From Octopus vulgaris (taxonomy: Eukaryota), in the NCBI GenBank assembly GCA_951406725.2, contig OX597821.1, positions 90,210,001 to 90,274,000 on the forward strand: a stretch of DNA of 64,000 bases. Reading direction: 5' to 3'. Below are positions 54,221-64,000 of this stretch, in pieces (the first letter of the stretch is position 1; every line of letters starts with the position of its first letter). The notes below the pieces were generated by a model, which ran no database searches, had not been told where the DNA came from, and saw nothing but the letters and a program-made list of their open reading frames with translations. A program made the position numbers and the translations under genes.

Positions 54221-55059
54221 TGTAATCATGAGCATACTGGCAGATACATTCTCTTCAATAACTCGGCTTTATGTCAAGTATGCATCTTATATTTGTATAT
54301 ATACTCACGTCATCATTTCAACACACAAACACACTAACACACACACATATATCATAAACAGTGTTTACTGTTGAAAACATTGAATAGGCAAGAAGTAATA
54401 CTAAGTATGTAGTTAGAAATAAAGGAAAGACGTCAGCATTAAGATAATTACAGCATAGAACTTGAGAAAATGTCCGTACGTTTTGCCATGCGTCACTTCA
54501 TTCAAAAGGCACTATATTTTATATTATAAAGGGAGAGAAAAAAGGGAGTAGCTATTTATACACTTTATTGTTGTTGTTATTGTTTTGATATTTATTGGAT
54601 TATGTTCTTGCTAGTTTTGTTCTTGAAAATCCTCCAACAGTTTTTTTCTTTCATTCCTAATTTTTTTCCCCCATACTTCATTCATTCTCTGCACCTCTTT
54701 TCACATGTGTATAAGTTCAATCTCTGCTATCCTTCACAAATGCATGCGTACACACATGGAAAATGCATGCTCACATGTATGCGTTCATACGCACATGTAT
54801 GCGTTTATACGCACATGTATGCATGCAAGCGCTCATGCAACTACTCTTAAATACAACAAACGAGTAGATAGAGAGATAAGTACAGGAACAATGAGATAGA
54901 TGTAAAACTAACTAAGTAGTGAGAGAGAAAGATTTATAAATGAAAATAGACCGACAAAAAGAAGCATGCTTAAAAAGATAAATTGATAAAGAATTTTTTA
55001 AATGGATAGGCAGAGACAGAAAGGCAGACATACAGATTCATAGAGAGACAGGCAGACAT

Positions 55060-55646
<587 letters not shown>

Positions 55647-56021
55647 GTGAATAAATGGGAAGATGGATACAAGCATGGATACTGATTTTTTTTTTCTGAC
55701 TTGTAATATTTATTCTTTTTTCTAATCTTAGCTCATATTTTATGGTTTATATAAGCAATCTTGAAAACAACAACAACTACAGCAACAAAATAGCAGCAAT
55801 AATATTAATGATGATGACTGTAATATTATGTAAAAATAAAACGAACATTTCAAAACAGACAAAAGCAAATCAAGAAATAAGAAGAGCCAAAGAAATTGGT
55901 GAACACTCTTCTAGTTCGGAGGTTAACTTGCTGTGAGAAGGAATCTAATATGTTTTGTAACATTATTTATGGCTGTAATTTTCAACATCATGCAGTATCA
56001 GCATAAACACACATACTCATG

Positions 56022-56300
<279 letters not shown>

Positions 56301-57420
56301 TACGTGTACACACATATATGCGTATATGTGTGTGTGTATAAAATGTTCACAACTACACAGATATGCACATATATATAGTTGTAAGTCTGTCAGTATATAT
56401 ACATATGTTCCACGTTTTTGAGTAGGGACAAAATGATAGTTGAGGTTTTTGTGATGTTATGGGTGGTGGCAAATATTCTGTTTTATTCTAGTCCCCTCCC
56501 ATCACATCATGACAGCTAGGATGCTATTCATTTATATATTTTTCTTTTTATTTATTCATTTATTTTTTGAAGTTTGCTTTTTTTCCACCTTTTGATTTTT
56601 GCAAGGGGGTTGGGCTTCACATTTTTCCCCTTTTGGTTACTTTTTTTGTGTTTTTTTTAATTTTTACTTTTGCATTCTTGCTTTTAAATATAAGCACTGG
56701 AATGTCAGTCAATAAATATTTTTGTGCCCTGCCTCTTATGTTTGAATTTATCTCCTCCTTTTTCCGTTTCTTTTTGAATGCAGGGTGGAGCAGAGCAAGA
56801 AGCAACATCTTGAAATTAAAAACAAAAAACAAAAGGAAAAAAAAAAAAGAAAAAATAACAATACTGAAACTGCCAACAAGTACAAGAAACCCAGCTGTGC
56901 TACAAGAACATCAAAAGCAACAACAACGAAAGCAATAATAATCTTAGTTAAAGAAGAACAAAACATCCAGAACACCAAAAATGACAGTATTAACAACGAC
57001 AATAATCCTAATAATAATCCTAACAACAATCAGTATAACAAAAAAAGTAACAGTAGCAGTTGTGACTCTACGGTAATAACTATTGTAAAATTAGCAACAA
57101 TAGTAACATAGATAGCATGGTCAATAACAAAAAAATGTTACAACAATAAAAATCACTAATAATAACGGCAAAGGATAGGTTTAAGATCTACAACACCAAT
57201 AATACTTAGTGACAATAGAAACCCCAATCACTACAACAGGTTCAGTAATAGCGACATCAACACGAACAATGGCAACAAATAAAGAACCAACAATATCCTC
57301 AATGAAAATCACCTGTAACAATGAAAGCAAAATACATCATCCGCAATAAGAAAGTACAGTAATGATCTTTACCAAAAAAATAAAGCAACGACAACGATAA
57401 CTAGTTTAAGCATTGATAAT

Positions 57421-57816
57421 CCTTTCTACTAAAGGCACAGGCCTGAAATTTTGGGGAGGGGACTAGTCGATTACATTGACCCCAGTCTTTCACTGGTATT
57501 TGATTCATTGACCCTTAAAGGATGAAGGGTAAATTCGACCTCGGCGGAATTTGAACTCAGAACGTAGTGGCAGACGAAATACCTATTTCTTTACTACCCA
57601 CAAGGGGCTAAACACAGAGAGTACAAACAAGGACAGACAAACGGATTAAGTCGATTATATCGACCCAAGTGCGTAACTGGTACTTATTTAATCGACCCCG
57701 AAAGGATGAAAGGCAAAGTCGACCTCGGCGGAATTTGATCTCAGAACGTAGTGGCAGACGAAATACCGCTTAGCATTTCGCCCGGCATACTAATGATTCT
57801 ACCAACTCTCCGCCTT
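57421..57816 (-). mobile_element. SINE family D, dimeric form with TSD
   Basis: Two tandem copies of GGTATTTCGTCTGCCACTACGTTCTGAG..CCGCCGAGGTCGA with different tails; AGTTT(AA/GG)GCATTGATAAT at 57403-57420 and 57819-57836. Confidence 0.9.
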
Positions 57817-58341
57817 AAAGTTTGGGCATTGATAATAACAACACTGCCAATGCCAATAGGAACACTCATCATATCATAGCATCGTGAACAACAACATCAA
57901 GCCGCGGAGCAATGTACAGCCTTTTAAGCAAAGGGGTGAATATATCAGACCTGTGTGACAACAGGTGGGCCACTCCGGTGATTTAAGATGGCCTCGAGCC
58001 TTTTCTGAAAGCTTGTCCATTGGGTAGGTAATGCTCTGTTTTACATCTCGATTTGTTTCATGAATTTGCATAAGTATTGACAGTGATGGAGTTGTTTCAT
58101 GCAGAAACGCATTTTATGTAACAAACTAACTAGAGAACTTATAAGCAGATACAGGAAACTGCCAACAATAACAGTTAAATCACTGTGAATATACATCTTA
58201 CTGACTGTAAATACTAAGTATACATTAGACGATAAGTAGTTCCAGAAATACAACTTTGACATATAATGTGATACAAAGTGTAGCTTTCGACAAAGTTTAG
58301 TAAATAAAGTGGTCTCTCTCCAGAGCAGAAAATTTGAGATT

Positions 58342-59443
58342 AATCTGATTGGTTGCTAGGCTTCTGCAAACTCACCTCGATAAGCCCTAGTCTCTCTAAA
58401 CTCGACTTATCAGTTATCTATTAATTTCCCCATTGACGCAATTTGTGTATATTTTCTCTAAATCTGATTGGTTCCTAGTCTTCTGCAAACTTACCCAGAT
58501 GAGCCCTTGTCTGTCTATATTCTACATATCATCTGTTATCTATTAATTTCCCCCATTGACACAATTTGTGTATATTTTCTCTAAATCTGATTGGTTCCTA
58601 GTCTTCTGCAAACTTACCCAGATGAGCCCTTGTCTGTCTATATTCTACATATCATCTGTTATCTATTAATTTCCCCCATTGACACAATTTGTGTATATTT
58701 TCTCTAAATCTGATTGGTTCCTAGTCTTCTGCAAACTTACCCAGATGAGCTCTTGTCTGTCTATATTCTACATATCATCTGTTATCTATTAATTTCCCCC
58801 ATTGACACAATTTGTGTATATTTTCTCTAAATCTGATTGGTTCCTAGTCTTCTGCAAACTTACCCAGATGAGCCCTTGTCTGTCTATATTCTACATATCA
58901 TCTGTTATCTATTAATTTCCCCATTGACACAATTTGTGTATATTTTCTCTAAATCTGATTGGTTCCTAGTCTTCTGCAAACTTACCCAGATGAGCTCTTG
59001 TCTGTCTATATTCTACATATCATCTGTTATCTATTAATTTCCCCCATTGACACAATTTGTGTATATTTTCTCTAAATCTGATTGGTTCCTAGTCTTCTGC
59101 AAACTTACCCAGATGAGCTCTTGTCTGTCTATATTCTACATATCATCTGTTATCTATTAATTTCCCCCATTGACACAATTTGTGTATATTTTCTCTAAAT
59201 CTGATTGGTTCCTAGTCTTCTGCAAACTTACCCAGATGAGCCCTTGTCTGTCTATATTCTACATATCATCTGTTATCTATTAATTTCCCCCATTGACACA
59301 ATTTGTGTATATTTTCTCTAAATCTGATTGGTTCCTAGTCTTCTGCAAACTTACCCAGATGAGCCCTTGTCTGTCTATATTCTACATATCATCTGTTATC
59401 TATTAATTTCCCCATTGACATAATGTGTGTATATTTTCTCTAA
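58342..59443. repeat. Tandem array of 9 units of about 123 bp
   Basis: Units start at 58342, 58461, 58584, 58707, 58830, 58952, 59075, 59198 and 59321; first unit diverged, the rest near-identical. Confidence 0.97.
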
Positions 59444-60583
59444 AAGAGATCTAACACTACAAACTTGCCAGTATGATGCTATTTTTCTTCTGCTCACAAG
59501 GCGATAACACTTGTGATGTAGCCATTTTATTTATTTTTCACGCGAGACTAACTGAAGTTTGTTTATTACAATACACAGTAAAATTAATTTTAAACAGTTC
59601 AATAATTTTATGCAGTTCCCTATGAATTGAAAGCCTTTCAACGTATTTCTGCTCAGTTGAAGCGAAACCTGAACGAAATGTTATACTTGATGTATAAGTG
59701 CTGACATGTTAACTTAAGCACAATTCAAGTACTTCGTCAAGAGGCTTATTTAATGTGATTTCTTCAAATATTCCTTAAAGAATGAACACAATTTCATCTT
59801 CAAATAGGGGTTACATATCCGCAAGCCATGGACTTCAAAATGAGCACACCCAACACAAAATGATTGAAAAACAAGGCTACATTGATTGTCTTATGAATTT
59901 GCTCAGACGAGAAAACAATAGAATATCTTACACATATTAGAAATTTAAGCTCCATAATCCATAAAACTACTTATGACTTTCATTCAGATGCATCCAGGGC
60001 AAGAATCAATATCATGAAACTCACCAGTCGCCTCCTCTACTAAATATGTTTTAAGAAGGAAAGAAAGTAAATACAAGCAAAATATCTTAGTCACCAAAGT
60101 TATATACATTTTTAAACAGTTCATTTTTTATACTAAAGATTTTAGTCCACATGTCATGTTTGATTTAAAAAGAAGACAGAAACAATTTTCAGCTATTATC
60201 GAACTAGCACCAAGATGCAAAACTTTTCTGCTCATTGCTAGGTTAAGAACATCATTGTATGTAGCTAATATCTGTCATCAGAAGGCTTGTGATTGAGTGG
60301 AAAATGATGAAAGAAGAACAAATGGGTCATTGCATGATTTATGGCGTGCAGCCAGCAAAATTTATTCTACACCAAACGTATGTTTAGAAGGTAACTATAT
60401 TTATAAATGTGTGTGTGTGTGTCTGAGTGAGTGTATGTATCTGTGTATGTATGTATGTATGTATATATATTTATATGTATGTATGTATTTATATATATAT
60501 ATATATATGAATATGAATATATATGTGTGTGTCCTTTTTCTCTCTCTTTCTCTCTCTCTCTCACTCTCTTTGTATATATTAAA

Positions 60584-60900
60584 GACTCCGCCGGTTACGA
60601 CGACGAGGGTCACAGCTGATACGATCAACGGAACAGCTTGCTCGTGAAATTAACGTGCAAATGGCTGAGCATTCCACAGACACGTGTACCCTTAACGTAG
60701 TTCTCGGGGATAATCAGCGTGACACAGAGAGTGACAAGGCTGACCCTTTGAAATACATGTACAACTCATTTTTGCCAGCTGAGTGGACTGGAGCAACGTG
60801 AAATAAAGTATCTTGCTCAAGGACACAATGCGTTGCCGGGAATCGAACTCACAACCTTACGATCATGAGCCGAATGCCCTAACCACTAAGCCACGCGCCC
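60584..60900 (-). mobile_element. SINE family C, full length
   Basis: GGCGCGTGGCTTAGTGGTTAGGG head, GTCCTTGAGCAAGATACT, and the tail shared with family B. Confidence 0.92.
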
Positions 60901-60909
60901 TGACACCTT

Positions 60910-61226
<317 letters not shown>

Positions 61227-61915
61227 GCTAATCTTCTGAATGGTTGAGAGACAGAGAATTGTCTTGCCAAGAATCCATAGATTTTACACTTTTAAGTTTT
61301 CGTTATTGAACAACAAAAAAGAAAGTATATTATCTTCATGCATTTATTGGCTTAATTTTTTTCAGTTAATTTTTCCTTTAATTGTACATTCGTAAATTGC
61401 TGCTATTTTGATTTGGTAGAAATCCACGCTCGAACATTAAACATTTACAGTTTAATTAAATTATCGACTTTACGGAATTAGCTGATATAGGGAAGGTACA
61501 GAATAAAACGATGATTGCCCCATAGTCCTTTAGTAGAGTAAAAGAAAGGAGACAGCGAAGAACAGATAGTAATAGACTTAGTTTGAGATTTACTGAGAGG
61601 TTGAAATCAAAATGTTATTGAGAACGATCGAAAACATGTCTCTCTTACCTTTGTAACTAATGTAGTTCCTTTTATTCTTTGCATCGTGAGCATTCTTTAG
61701 TTTTTATATAACCTTTAATACAAGCCATTTCAAATTAAGGTTTTGTGTATTTTCTTCAATATACATGGACTTAAAATTTCATGAATGTACGTGAATGTCG
61801 TCTAAAATTTTATGGAGATACATAGTTCTTAGCTTTGGATAAGTTGCTGTAATGTAATATCTCTGGTTGCTTTTTTTTTAACAATAGTAAGTTTGAAATA
61901 CACATATATGATGTA

Positions 61916-62760
61916 TGAGGTGCATTCCATAAGTTTTAAGACTTTATTAGGAGACGCAGTTATAACTATCTCAGATAATTGTTATTTTAATATATCACTA
62001 ATATATTAATATTTTAATATATCGACTAATCTCCCCAGTCAACTTTTGTTATTCCTGATTCAATGAGACGACTGTAACAGCACTTTGAACACATTCTTTT
62101 AAAGACGACTTGCCCGATGACTAGTTCACAGAATGCAATCGGGAATCTTAGGAGCTCCCTAAGCAATAAAGTTTTGTGCTAAACTAGGCAACAGTGATAC
62201 AGAAACATTTGTAAAGCTCCAGACAACTTATGGATTAACTTTTTCGCTGGTACATAAGGCTCAAGGACAGTATACATTAGCTGAGAGACGTTGACAAATA
62301 CGGGAGGGAGGGACATCAGATTTAGTAAATAAATTCGTTGTTTTCTAAATGTAGACCAATATGTGTCTATAATGAGAATAACGATACAGTTTGGAGTTGA
62401 AGTAACAACTATACACAGAATCATTCATTAAGATATGAACATGCGTAAAATTTGTGCAAAGTTCGCTCCTAGGGTGCTCAGTGACGAGTGTACTGTCAAC
62501 CAACTACCTGGCAGAGGAGGGCATCAAAACTATCCCTCAACCCCACACCTACAGTCCAGACCATGCTTCCTGAGACATTTGGTTGTTCCTCAACGTGAAG
62601 GTGAACTTCAATGGCAGTCGTTTCGGAGATGAAGGAGCTTATAACAAAGGATGTGGACACCTTCGTTTTGAATGATTTCCATGGGGCCTTCACGAAGTAA
62701 TCGGAACGCTATAAGTGCATTGAAGTTAGATGTAGCTACTTTGAAAGAGAACAGAGTTTT
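61916..62760 (+). mobile_element. Mariner remnant, internally deleted
   Basis: AIKFCAKLGNSDTETF, MRKICAKFAPRVL (cf. WVP), TYSPDHAS*DIWLF (cf. YSPDLAPxD), YKCIEVRCSYFE; TA|TGAGGTGCATTCCATAAGTT left end. Confidence 0.8.
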
Positions 62761-63061
62761 TAGTTGTTTTAAAGATTTTAGTTCTTTTAAAGTAGTAAAT
62801 ATTTCTCCTGAAACAAATTTAAGAACTTCTACATCTTATATATATAATTTTACATATCTGCATCTGCATAATATATAAGTAAAGTGACTAGCTTATATAG
62901 AACTTAACCTGAATGACTTAGAGTCATTTATTTTGTTTTTGTCTTCAGGATTCAATACTTTACAGTTCAGAATTAATAATGTAGCAGTGTCATATTAGGT
63001 TCAATATTTCATCTCTCTCTCTCTCTCTTTTTTTCTCTCTCTCATTCTTTCATCATGTGTG

Positions 63062-63064
<3 letters not shown>

Positions 63065-63150
<86 letters not shown>
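63065..63150. repeat. (TA)n microsatellite
   Basis: Directly visible. Confidence 0.95.
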
Positions 63151-64000
63151 GTGTGTGTCAATGTTTGCTTGCGTACGAATTTTTATATAAAAACAATTTA
63201 AGATTAGATTTAAAAGATCACTCCATATTTTTAGTAGAGTACATTTTTTTAAAGTTTTTCAAGCAACAAATATTGATTGTGACTTCGGTGTTTCCGCTAA
63301 CTTTGCAGTAATATGTGTAGGGTGGGTGAAAGGTGATTGTGAACTTGCTAACAAAAGCACAGAAATGCTTAATACATAACACAGAAGTTATATTTATATG
63401 AACCTGAGGTTTCCCCTCTATCACTAGACAGATATCTCCTTTCTTCTGCTTTTAGTAACCGTTATAACATTAAACACTTTATAGCGACAAAGAGTTTGAA
63501 TTAATATATAAACGCTAGTGTAGTACCCATCAATCATGATGGCGTTTACTTGCATATGGAATGAATTATGCAAAGATAATGTGAGTGAAAGAGAGAGATA
63601 AAGACAGTGAGATGGGATTACATATTGAAATATACATAGAGCTTTATTGATAGCAGGATCAGGAGGTATTAAGCTATATAGTGTTAGAATGAAAATATAA
63701 CTGTCAGTATATGAGTGTAAGGTCAATTATTACCTAATTATCCTTTCACTCATAATTTATCCATCTCCCTATTCATTTATACATCCATACGTCTATATTA
63801 ATATATATTTAAGCATGTTTTTATAATTATAGTTATAGCTATGAGCAATTGACAAGCTTTGCTCAAATATGCACAGCAATAATACGATGCTGGAAACATG
63901 CCTGTCAATTTCGCACATGCTTTCACAATATTCCTTTAGTACAAGCCTTGGCAGAGCCTATGTATGTATGTATATATGTATGTATGTATGTATGTATGTA

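Noticed and set aside
58342-59443. CRISPR-like array or tandem hammerhead array
   Set aside because: Units are contiguous with no unique spacers; CAGATGA is not followed by helix II plus GAAA on either strand

Overview
AT-rich, microsatellite-dense eukaryotic non-coding DNA, intronic or intergenic. The SINE set and (TA)n/(TAGA)n density suggest an octopus or other coleoid cephalopod genome (inference). No intact protein-coding gene can be supported; almost all ORFs in the supplied track are translations of microsatellites or SINEs. The window holds about 25 copies of four tRNA-derived SINE families (labelled A-D here), two decayed Tc1 and three mariner elements, and decayed LINEs (RTE-like, CR1-group, two R4/Dong-like REL-endonuclease fragments). 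It also has a 9-copy 123-bp tandem array and several fold-back palindromes. The most interesting signal is a set of short non-coding elements sitting in (TA)n tracts that carry hammerhead-ribozyme motifs. The best one (14694-15464) is a 588-nt unit with a 183-bp terminal direct repeat and a complete type I hammerhead fold at 14886-14977 (minus strand), with an unusual CCGAUGA core and a very long helix II. This is a retrozyme/Penelope-pLTR-like architecture. A second, unrelated element next to it has the same CCGAUGA variant.
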